Shown one piece after another: positions 35,374 through 43,439 of a stretch of DNA of 64,000 nt. The translations under genes and the position numbers were made by a program. Each line of letters begins with the position of its first letter. Within the stretch, counting starts at the first letter, position 1. Where the stretch lies: contig CADAZW010000002.1 in NCBI GenBank assembly GCA_902792555.1, positions 7,480 to 71,479 on the forward strand, written 5' to 3'. Below the pieces are notes generated by a model. It was not told where the DNA came from, made no database searches, and saw only the letters and a list, made by a program, of their open reading frames with translations. Origin of the DNA: an uncultured Bacteroidales bacterium. GTDB lineage: Bacteria > Bacteroidota > Bacteroidia > Bacteroidales > Bacteroidaceae.

Positions 35374-38175
35374 ATGGACGATGAGATAGAAGTTAGGAGT
35401 GAGGAGTTGGGTGCCTCTGGCGAGGGTCACGCCTCTTATAATCCCGATGAGCATCATGACGACGCGGAGTCGGTGCACAGGCTGGGCGGTATGTATCAGA
35501 ACTGGTTTCTGGACTACGCCAGCTATGCCATCCTTGACCGCGCGGTGCCCCACCTGGGCGACGGACTGAAGCCCGTGCAGCGCCGCCTGCTCCACTCGAT
35601 GAAGCAGATGGACGACGGCCGGCTCAACAAAGTGGCGAACATTGTGGGCAACACGATGAAGTACCACCCCCACGGCGATGCCTCCATCTATTCGGCGCTG
35701 GTCACCCTGGGGCAGAAGAACCTGCTGATTGACTGCCAGGGCAACTGGGGCAACATCCTGACCGGCGACGGGGCTGCCGCCCCGCGATACATCGAGGCGC
35801 GACTGAGCAAGTTTGCGCTCGACACGGTGTTCAACGCCAAGACGACGGAGTGGAAGCTGAGCTACGACGGCCGCAACCAGGAGCCCATCACCCTGCCGGT
35901 GAAGTTTCCGCTGCTGCTCTGCCAGGGTGCCGACGGCATCGCGGTGGGACTGAGCACCAAGATCCTGCCCCACAACTTCGTGGAGCTCTGCGATGCTGCG
36001 GTGAGCTACCTCAACGGTGAGGAGTTTCATCTGTACCCCGACTTCCAGACTGGCGGCAGCATCGACGTGAGCCACTACAACGACGGCCAGCGCGGCGGCA
36101 GCGTGAAGATTCGCGCCAAAATCAACAAGATTGACAACAAGACGCTGCACATCACCGAGATACCCTTCGGCAAGACGGTGAAGAGCGTGATTGAGTCAAT
36201 CATGAGGGCCGGCGAGAAGGGCAAGATAAAGATCAAGCATATCGACGACACGACTTCGGAGACGGCGAGCATTGTGGTCCACCTGCAGCCCGGCGTATCG
36301 CCCGACAAGACGCTCGACGCCCTCTACGCCTTCACCGACTGCGAGGTGAGCATCTCGCCCAACTGCTGCGTGATTGACGACCGCACGCCTAAGTTCCTTA
36401 CGGTGAGCGACGTGCTGCGCTACAGCGTTGAGCAGACGCGCGGCCTGCTGAGGAAGGAGCTGATGATTCACCGCCAGGAGCTGCTGGAGGAGCTGCACTA
36501 CGCCTCGCTGGAGAGTATCTTCATCAATGAGCGCATCTATAAGGATAAGGAGTATGAGAACGCCAAATCGACCGACGAGGCATGTGAGCATATCGACGAG
36601 CGCCTGACGCCGTGGTACCCCAAGATGGTGCGCGAGGTGACCAAGGACGACATACTGCGACTGCTGGAGATTAAGATGAAGCGCATCCTCCGCTTCAACA
36701 AGGACAAGGCCGAGGAGAACATCCTCCGCCTGCAGGGCGAGATACGCAAGGTGGACCGCGACCTCAAGAATATCAAGCAGGTAACCATCAACTGGTATCT
36801 CAACCTCAAGGAGAAGTACGGCGCCAAATATCCCCGCTATACCCAGGTGACGGCCTTCGACCAGATTGAGGCCGTCAAGGTGGCGGAGCAGAACCAGAAG
36901 CTATATGTTAACCGCGAGGAGGGCTTCATAGGCACCTCGCTCAAGAAGGACGAGCTGGTGGGCGCCTGCTCCGACCTCGACGACGTGATTATCTTCTACC
37001 GCGACGGCACCTATAAGGTTACGCGCGTCGCCGATAAGCTCTTCGTGGGTGACACCGAGCGCTCCAAGGCCGAGGGCAAGAAGGCCGAGATAATGCACGT
37101 GGCGGTGTTTAAGAAAAACGACAAGCGCACTATCTACAATGTCATCTACCGCGACGGCAAGAAGGGTGCCTACATGATGAAGCGTTTCTTCGTCACCAGC
37201 ATCACCCGCGACCGCGAGTATGACGTCACTCAGGGCACTGCCGGCAGCAAGGTGGTCTATTTCACGAGTAACCCCAACGGCGAGGCTGAGGTGGTGCATA
37301 TCACCCTCAAGCCATCGGAGAAAATCAAGAGGCTGACCTTCGATATCAATTTTGCCGACCTCGCCATCAAGGGGCGCGTGTCGAAGGGTAATATCGTAAC
37401 CAAGAATACCATCTACCGCATCAACCTCAAGAGCCACGGCGTGAGCACCCTCGGAGGCCGCAAGGTGTGGTTTGACAATGCCGTGCGCCGACTCAACTAC
37501 GACGAGCGCGGACAGCTGCTTGGTGAGTTTGGCGGCACCGACCGCGTGCTGGTCATTCTCAGCAATGGCGAGTACTACACCACCGATACCGACATCAACA
37601 ATCACTATGAGGACAACATTGCCTATATCGGTAAGTATGTGAGCGGCACGGTATGGACAGCCGTCTATAGCAGCCCTGACACTGACGGCCGTCCCTACAT
37701 CAAGCGCTTCCAGCTTGAGTCCTCCGTCAAGCGACAGAACTTCCTCAGCGACCAGGGCGATGCCCGTATGCTGCTGCTCACCAGCGAGGTCTATCCGCGC
37801 ATAAGCATCACCTTTGGCGGCGGCAGCAGTTTCCGTGAGCCCCAGGAGGTGGATGTCGATGAGTTTATAGCCGTCAAGGGCGTCAAGGCCCGCGGCAAGC
37901 GCCTCACCAACTTCGGAGTGGCCACCATTGAGGAACTGGAGCCGCTGAGGCAGCCGGAAAATGAAAACGAAAACGATAACGAAAACGATAACGAAAACGG
38001 GTTTAACGAAAACGAAAACGGAGACGGAAACGAAAACGAAAAGCCTGACGAAGGAGAGTCCGACGGAGGAAAGCCCGATGAAGGAGAGCCCGATGGAGGA
38101 GAGCCCGAGCCCCCCTCTGAGAAGACCGAGGATGAAATCCGTGATGAGCTCAACGGCCAGCTCAGGCTCTTCTAA
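35374..38175 (+). CDS. parC: DNA topoisomerase IV subunit A (GyrA/ParC family) with a low-complexity acidic C-terminal tail
   Basis: N-terminus YASYAILDRAVPHLGDGLKPVQRRLLH, motif HPHGDASIY and active-site region AAPRYIEARL. The last 70 or so aa are ENENENDNEN.../PDEGE repeats. Confidence 0.9.
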   Translation: MDDEIEVRSEELGASGEGHASYNPDEHHDDAESVHRLGGMYQNWFLDYASYAILDRAVPHLGDGLKPVQRRLLHSMKQMDDGRLNKVANIVGNTMKYHPHGDASIYSALVTLGQKNLLIDCQGNWGNILTGDGAAAPRYIEARLSKFALDTVFNAKTTEWKLSYDGRNQEPITLPVKFPLLLCQGADGIAVGLSTKILPHNFVELCDAAVSYLNGEEFHLYPDFQTGGSIDVSHYNDGQRGGSVKIRAKINKIDNKTLHITEIPFGKTVKSVIESIMRAGEKGKIKIKHIDDTTSETASIVVHLQPGVSPDKTLDALYAFTDCEVSISPNCCVIDDRTPKFLTVSDVLRYSVEQTRGLLRKELMIHRQELLEELHYASLESIFINERIYKDKEYENAKSTDEACEHIDERLTPWYPKMVREVTKDDILRLLEIKMKRILRFNKDKAEENILRLQGEIRKVDRDLKNIKQVTINWYLNLKEKYGAKYPRYTQVTAFDQIEAVKVAEQNQKLYVNREEGFIGTSLKKDELVGACSDLDDVIIFYRDGTYKVTRVADKLFVGDTERSKAEGKKAEIMHVAVFKKNDKRTIYNVIYRDGKKGAYMMKRFFVTSITRDREYDVTQGTAGSKVVYFTSNPNGEAEVVHITLKPSEKIKRLTFDINFADLAIKGRVSKGNIVTKNTIYRINLKSHGVSTLGGRKVWFDNAVRRLNYDERGQLLGEFGGTDRVLVILSNGEYYTTDTDINNHYEDNIAYIGKYVSGTVWTAVYSSPDTDGRPYIKRFQLESSVKRQNFLSDQGDARMLLLTSEVYPRISITFGGGSSFREPQEVDVDEFIAVKGVKARGKRLTNFGVATIEELEPLRQPENENENDNENDNENGFNENENGDGNENEKPDEGESDGGKPDEGEPDGGEPEPPSEKTEDEIRDELNGQLRLF

Positions 38176-38197
38176 CCCGTCACATTCATAAGTCACG

Positions 38198-38992
38198 ATG
38201 AAGGTAAACGCATGGATACTGGGCATGCTGCTTCTGCCGCTAACCGCGGCATTGGCGCAGGAGGGTAGGGAGAGCTCCACAATGTTTGGCGTCAGCGCCG
38301 TCAGCCAGTGGGACACCTATCTCTCCAACGAGCGCTATCACGGCGGCGGCCTCACCGTTGCCTCGATGGTCAGCCGCCCCACCCACTGGATGGATCGCCG
38401 TCTCCATGTGCAGCACCTCACTCAGGGCAACCTGGCCCTGGCAGAGCCGCGCTCCGACAAGCATAAGACTATCTCCGGATTCTTCCATTGGCAGGTGGCG
38501 TGGCAGTACCACTTCTTAAGGGAAAAGGGAGAAGAGCCCAGCGGCCCGTGGCAGATGAATGCTGGCCTCGGCGTACAGACCCGCCTCGGCTTCGTCTATA
38601 ACACCCTGGGCGGCAACAACCCCACTTCCGCCAGGGCTGCACTCAACATTATTGCCTCCGGCCAGGTGCGCCGCAGCTTCGAGCTGTGGCACAAGCCCTT
38701 CGCCGCCACCCTGCAGGCCGATGTGCCGCTGACCGGACTGATGTTCTCGCCCGACTACGGCCAGTCGTACTATGAGATATTCTCCCTCGGCCACTACAGC
38801 CATAATGTCTGCGTGGTCAATCCCTTCCGCGCCTTCCAGGCCAATGTGCTGCTCACCTTCGACTGCCGGCTCCGCGCCCGCACCTCGCTAAGGATGGGCT
38901 ACCAGGGCCAGTTTATGCAGTCGCGTGCCAATGGACTAAAGACTCAGGACTTCTATCACAACCTACTCGTCGGATTCGTCCGCCACTGGTAG
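38198..38992 (+). CDS. putative outer-membrane beta-barrel protein (possibly DUF3316-like)
   Basis: Signal peptide MKVNAWILGMLLLPLTAALAQ, beta-strand periodicity and a C-terminal aromatic residue. Family not recognised with certainty. Confidence 0.55.
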   Translation: MKVNAWILGMLLLPLTAALAQEGRESSTMFGVSAVSQWDTYLSNERYHGGGLTVASMVSRPTHWMDRRLHVQHLTQGNLALAEPRSDKHKTISGFFHWQVAWQYHFLREKGEEPSGPWQMNAGLGVQTRLGFVYNTLGGNNPTSARAALNIIASGQVRRSFELWHKPFAATLQADVPLTGLMFSPDYGQSYYEIFSLGHYSHNVCVVNPFRAFQANVLLTFDCRLRARTSLRMGYQGQFMQSRANGLKTQDFYHNLLVGFVRHW

Positions 38993-39025
38993 GAGTGACC
39001 AAGCCCCCCACCTGTTAATCTCACA

Positions 39026-40039
39026 ATGAAAAAAGCCCTACACCTTATTTATATTATATGTGCACTGGCTGCCATGGGCTCCTGCGTCAGCGAGGAGGAG
39101 TTCAGCAATAGTCCGCAGGGCAACTTCGATGCCCTCTGGCAGATAGTTGACGAGCATTACTGCTTCTTCCCCGACAAGGCTGCCGAGTATGGCCTCGATT
39201 GGAACGAGTGCCGCTCTCGCTACGGTGCCATGCTCCTGCCCAAGATGACCGGCGAGCAGCTCTTCGAGGTCTGCGCCAAGATGCTCGACGAACTGCGCGA
39301 CGGCCATGTCAACCTCGCTTCGCCCTTCAACACCGCCCGCTACTGGGACTGGCATGAGAATTACCCCGTCAATTTCAGCGACTCGCTGCAGCGCGTATAT
39401 CTCGGTACCGACTACCGCCTCACCTGCGGCATAAAGTATTGCATCCTCCCCGACAATATCGGCTATATCTACGTACCCTCCTTTGAGGGTAGTGTGGGCA
39501 GTGGCAACCTCGACGCCATCTTCACCTATCTGCGTCTGTGTGACGGACTGATAGTGGATGTGCGCAACAATGAGGGCGGGTTGCTCACCATGGCACAGGA
39601 CCTCGCCGCCAGCTTCATCAATGAGAAGACCACTGTCGGCTATATTGCCCACAAGACAGGGGCGGGTCACAGCTCCTTCTCCTCCCCTGAGGCCGTCAGG
39701 CTTGTGCCATCCGAAGGTATGCGCTGGCAGAAGGCCGTGGCGGTGCTCACTAATCGCCGCACCTACAGCGCTGCCAATGCCTTTGTGGCATATATGAAGG
39801 ACCTGCCCAACGTCACCACCGTTGGCGACCGCACCGGCGGCGGCGCCGGCCTGCCTTACAATAATGAGTTGCCCAACGGATGGACAGTGCGCTTCTCTGC
39901 CTGCCCAACCTATGATGTCCACATGCAGTCCACCGAGGGCGGCATCACTCCGCAGCACCAGGTAAGCCTCCTCTCCTCCGACTTCGCCCGGGGTGAGGAC
40001 ACCATCATTGAGTATGCCCGTAAATTGTTGAGGAAATAA
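39026..40039 (+). CDS. S41-family peptidase lipoprotein (tail-specific protease-like)
   Basis: Lipobox AAMGSC, S41-type motif LIVDVRNNEGG, and a downstream TYSAANAF region. Confidence 0.85.
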   Translation: MKKALHLIYIICALAAMGSCVSEEEFSNSPQGNFDALWQIVDEHYCFFPDKAAEYGLDWNECRSRYGAMLLPKMTGEQLFEVCAKMLDELRDGHVNLASPFNTARYWDWHENYPVNFSDSLQRVYLGTDYRLTCGIKYCILPDNIGYIYVPSFEGSVGSGNLDAIFTYLRLCDGLIVDVRNNEGGLLTMAQDLAASFINEKTTVGYIAHKTGAGHSSFSSPEAVRLVPSEGMRWQKAVAVLTNRRTYSAANAFVAYMKDLPNVTTVGDRTGGGAGLPYNNELPNGWTVRFSACPTYDVHMQSTEGGITPQHQVSLLSSDFARGEDTIIEYARKLLRK

Positions 40040-40058
40040 TAAACTTCAAATAAAGAAG

Positions 40059-41594
40059 TTAGTGCTTTAGCGTGCTTATCTTCTTTTCCTTGTTAATCTC
40101 CAGCGGAACGAAAGTGCGTATCTTCCTTTCCTTGTTAATCTCCAGCGGAGCGCTCTCGTGACCGTAGCGGTCAATGGCTGTCACGGCGTAGTAGGGCAGC
40201 CACCCCTCCAGCAGCGGCAGGCTGATGGTAAATTGCGGCTCCGTCAATCTCACCTTATAGATATTGTTGGCGTCCTCCGTGTCCACGGGGTAGGTGTTGC
40301 TGCGGTAGAGCACGTAGCGGCAGGCCTCGGCAGCCTCCCATCTCAGCGTGTAGCCGCTGGGTGTCTCTTCTATTCTGGCGTTGACGGGTGTCGGCGGCGC
40401 GGAGCGTTTGTTGTCTATGGCTGGCGGCAGCGCCCGGGTGCGGTAGAGATTGTAGCGCAGCAGATTGTAGATGCCCTTCGTGTTGTCGGTCACAAACCGT
40501 GAGCGGAAGAACACCTGACCGCCCACGCCGTAGCGGCGGCAGTAGCTTATCTGGCTCTCCATCTCGCTCAGCGGCCAGTTTTGCTGCTGGCGGTCAATCT
40601 GATAGACTCCCAGTCCGCTGGCAATGGTGCGCCCTGCCGCATCCTCCTGCCAGTCCAGCAGGAAGGGGTAGTAGTGTCTGCCGCGGAAATACTGCATCGG
40701 CATCAGTATGTCCATCCATCCCTCGCGCAGCCACAGCTTGGCGTCCTGGCTTACTGCGTTGAGGGCGTTCCACCCTCCGGCCGGGTAGCGGCGCGTGTCG
40801 GCATACTTGCCCACGGGGCTGCAGCTCAGTGCCACCCAAGGCTTGATGGCCTTCACCCGGCGGTGGATGGTCTCCACCAGGCGGCTGATATTCTCCCTGC
40901 GCCAGTCGGCCAGGCTCTGTCCTACGCTGGCATAGCGTCGGTAGGTGGCGGCGTCGTTGAAGCTGATTTCCTTCTCCGGGTAGCGCAGGTAGTCGAAGTT
41001 TAGTCCGTCGATGTCGTAGCCTCTTACTATCTCCTCGCATATCGAGGCTATGTAGTCGGCTGTGCCGGGCTGTCCGGGGTCAAGCATGTTGCCCTCGTTG
41101 GTTTTAATCACCAGCTGCGGCACCCGCTTGCCGAGGGCCTGTGCTCCCAGCGCCTTGATCTGCGCGCTCTTGTTGCCCGGCACTGCCACCACCCATGCGT
41201 GGATCTGCATGCCGCGCCTGTGGCACTCCTCCACGGCGAAGGCCAGCGGGTCGTAGCCCGGCGCCTGTCCAAAGCGTCCCGTCAGGCATCCGTCCCACGG
41301 CTCTATCTGTGAGGGATAGACCACCGTGCCGCGGATGCGGGTCTGGAATATCACGGCGTTGAAGTTGGCAGCCTTCAGCTTGTCCAGTATGTTGCGCAGC
41401 TCCTGCTTCTGCCTCTCGATGCCGGCGGGGCTGGTGGCCTTGGTGTCGGGCCAGTCCAGTCCGTTGATGGTGGTCAGCCATACCGCCCTCAGCTCGCGCT
41501 TGGGGGCATCCATCGCCAGTTGGGCGTCAGCCTCCGCAGCCAGGCAAAAGACCGTCGCCAGGAGCGTCAGTATGCGTGTGATGATGTTTTTCAT
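40059..41594 (-). CDS. glycoside hydrolase-like family 10 (GHL10/DUF187, YngK-like) protein
   Basis: Signal peptide, then RAVWLTTINGLDWP...NFNAVIFQTRIRGTVVYPS...EPW...ECHRRGMQIHAW, the GHL10 hallmark. Paralog of 46438..47946. Confidence 0.85.
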   Translation of the reverse strand: MKNIITRILTLLATVFCLAAEADAQLAMDAPKRELRAVWLTTINGLDWPDTKATSPAGIERQKQELRNILDKLKAANFNAVIFQTRIRGTVVYPSQIEPWDGCLTGRFGQAPGYDPLAFAVEECHRRGMQIHAWVVAVPGNKSAQIKALGAQALGKRVPQLVIKTNEGNMLDPGQPGTADYIASICEEIVRGYDIDGLNFDYLRYPEKEISFNDAATYRRYASVGQSLADWRRENISRLVETIHRRVKAIKPWVALSCSPVGKYADTRRYPAGGWNALNAVSQDAKLWLREGWMDILMPMQYFRGRHYYPFLLDWQEDAAGRTIASGLGVYQIDRQQQNWPLSEMESQISYCRRYGVGGQVFFRSRFVTDNTKGIYNLLRYNLYRTRALPPAIDNKRSAPPTPVNARIEETPSGYTLRWEAAEACRYVLYRSNTYPVDTEDANNIYKVRLTEPQFTISLPLLEGWLPYYAVTAIDRYGHESAPLEINKERKIRTFVPLEINKEKKISTLKH

Positions 41595-41607
41595 AGCTAA
41601 ATATGCG

Positions 41608-41615
41608 CAAATTTA
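41608..41615 (-). promoter_or_regulatory. candidate -7 promoter box (TAAATTTG on the minus strand) for the GHL10 gene
   Basis: CAAATTTA lies 14-21 nt upstream of the ATG at 41594. Confidence 0.35.
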
Positions 41616-41805
41616 GCTTTTTTCTATCGAAAAACTGCCCTGTTTGAGCAGAAATGTGTATTTTTGCAAGAAATAGGAGGCAAACCTATCAACCATCAGC
41701 CCGTTTTGTCTGTCGCTATGCCATGGCGGCCGCTGTGCCGCCCATTCCGGCAGCGTGGGAAGGGAGCCTCCCGGCTTATGCATAATAATGATAATCAATA
41801 AACCT

Positions 41806-42285
41806 ATGAAAAAGATTCTTTTAGCAGCAGTGCTGCTGTTGGGAGCCGTAGCAGGCAAGGCTCAGTTTGAGGCAGGCACCAAGTACGTTGGTATGTCAGT
41901 AACTAATTTCGGCTTGGCATACAATGCAGAGAAGAAGTTCCACTTCGGCCTCGAGGCCACCGGCGGCTACTTCCTGTGGGACAATGTCATGCTCAAGGGT
42001 AACCTGGGCTATCAGCATAACCGTCCCCACTGCGACGATATCACCGTGGGACTCGGCGGCCGCTACTACTTCTACCAGAACGGCATCTTCCTCGGCGCCG
42101 GCGCTGAGTACTGCCATGAGACCAAGAGCTACAACGATGTGCGCATCCCCGTGGAGATCGGCTACTGCTTCTACATCAACCACTATGTAAGCATCGAGCC
42201 CTCCCTCTACTATAATATGTCGCTCAACGACTTCAGCGACAAGAGCACCGTGGGCCTCAAGATAGGCTTCGGACTCTACTTCTGA
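41806..42285 (+). CDS. small outer-membrane beta-barrel protein (OmpW/porin-like)
   Basis: Signal peptide MKKILLAAVLLLGAVAGKAQ, 8-strand-like periodicity and the terminal ...GLKIGFGLYF. Confidence 0.7.
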   Translation: MKKILLAAVLLLGAVAGKAQFEAGTKYVGMSVTNFGLAYNAEKKFHFGLEATGGYFLWDNVMLKGNLGYQHNRPHCDDITVGLGGRYYFYQNGIFLGAGAEYCHETKSYNDVRIPVEIGYCFYINHYVSIEPSLYYNMSLNDFSDKSTVGLKIGFGLYF

Positions 42286-42306
42286 TCCCTGGGAGGGCCA
42301 GACACC

Positions 42307-42885
42307 ATGCGTCTGTTGCTACATTCCTGCTGTGCGCCGTGCTCAGCGGCCATAGTGGAGCATCTGCTGGAGAATGCGGTGGACACCACCGTGTTCTTCA
42401 GCAATTCAAATATCTTTCCGCAAGACGAATACCTCCACCGCCGTGCTGAGCTGGAGCGCCATCTGCAAGCCCTCGGCATCCCCTTCGTAGAGGATGACTA
42501 CGACCACTCCGCCTGGCTTGCCTCCGTCAGGGGACTCGAGCAGGAGCCTGAGCGTGGTAGCCGCTGCACCCAGTGCTTCCGCTTCCGCCTGCTGCGAGCT
42601 GCCAGCTATGCCGCCGAACATGCCTTCACCCATCTCGCCACCACCCTGGCATCCTCACGGTGGAAGAATATCGACCAGGTCAATGCCGCAGGCCAATGGG
42701 CCGTCGGGCAGGTGGGCACCACGGCATCCCCCCTGCAGTTCCTCGACCGCAACTGGCGCAAGGGGGGACTGCAGGAGCGACGCGCACAGCTGCTACGACA
42801 GTACGCCTTCTACAACCAGCAGTATTGCGGCTGCGAGTTCAGCATCAGGAAAACGATAAACGATAACCGTGAAGAAAGAGCTTAA
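42307..42885 (+). CDS. queH: epoxyqueuosine reductase QueH (DUF208)
   Basis: Contains LLLHSCCAPCS, CTQCFRFRL and the C-terminal YCGCEFS cysteine motifs. Confidence 0.9.
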   Translation: MRLLLHSCCAPCSAAIVEHLLENAVDTTVFFSNSNIFPQDEYLHRRAELERHLQALGIPFVEDDYDHSAWLASVRGLEQEPERGSRCTQCFRFRLLRAASYAAEHAFTHLATTLASSRWKNIDQVNAAGQWAVGQVGTTASPLQFLDRNWRKGGLQERRAQLLRQYAFYNQQYCGCEFSIRKTINDNREERA

Positions 42886-43058
42886 AAGAAGTTGTTAGAA
42901 GATATTCTAATCCCGCTTCTCAAACATTAATTTCGGCAAAAACAGAAAGAAACTTATTTTTCAAGTTCCTCGAACAATGACACTAAATGAATGGCATAGT
43001 TCGAGGAGTTCTTTTCTTATTGCGAGGCGTCTTTTTCTTATTTCGTAGAGAAATAATT

Positions 43059-43166
43059 TAATCGCGCAGAGATTGTCAGTTTCGGCGCGATTAGATTTCG
43101 GTTTGGCGCGATTAGATTTTGTTTCGGCGCGATTAGATTTGCCGCCAAGGCTCTCAGATTTCCTTT
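43059..43166 (+). repeat. R1 array, locus 4: leader TTTAATCGCGCAGAG plus three GGCGCGATTAGATTT units and one degenerate unit
   Basis: Read directly. The period is 21-22 nt. Confidence 0.9.
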
Positions 43167-43256
43167 TGTCGGACCGCGCTTGTAGCGCGACCACCGACGA
43201 AATCTTTGCGAAGGCTTCGCCTTTTGTTTTGGCGTGACTAGTGGCCGCTCCGCGGC

Positions 43257-43328
43257 ACGCAGATCACGCAGATAAGGCAGATCACGCAGATAAGGCAGAT
43301 TACGCAGATAAAGGCAGATTGCGCAGAT
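43257..43328 (+). repeat. R4 array: eight 9-nt units (CACGCAGAT / AAGGCAGAT)
   Basis: CACGCAGATCACGCAGATAAGGCAGATCACGCAGATAAGGCAGATTACGCAGATAAAGGCAGATTGCGCAGAT. Confidence 0.9.
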
Positions 43329-43439
43329 TTTTGTTATCACGCTTTGCGCTTAGTCGTGTGTCAAGAGGAGTTAGGAGTTAATGGTAAATAGCCAAATTGT
43401 ATATAAATTGTAATTTGTGAAATTGTAAATTACATGGTT

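Noticed and set aside
36901-38316. 471-aa ORF (and 35365..36150, 261 aa) on the minus strand
   Set aside because: Both are antisense shadows of parC, and part of the translation is repeat DNA.
43059-43166. R1 arrays as possible CRISPR arrays
   Set aside because: The units are contiguous with no spacers, only 21-22 nt long and 3-5 copies per locus. No cas genes are in the window.
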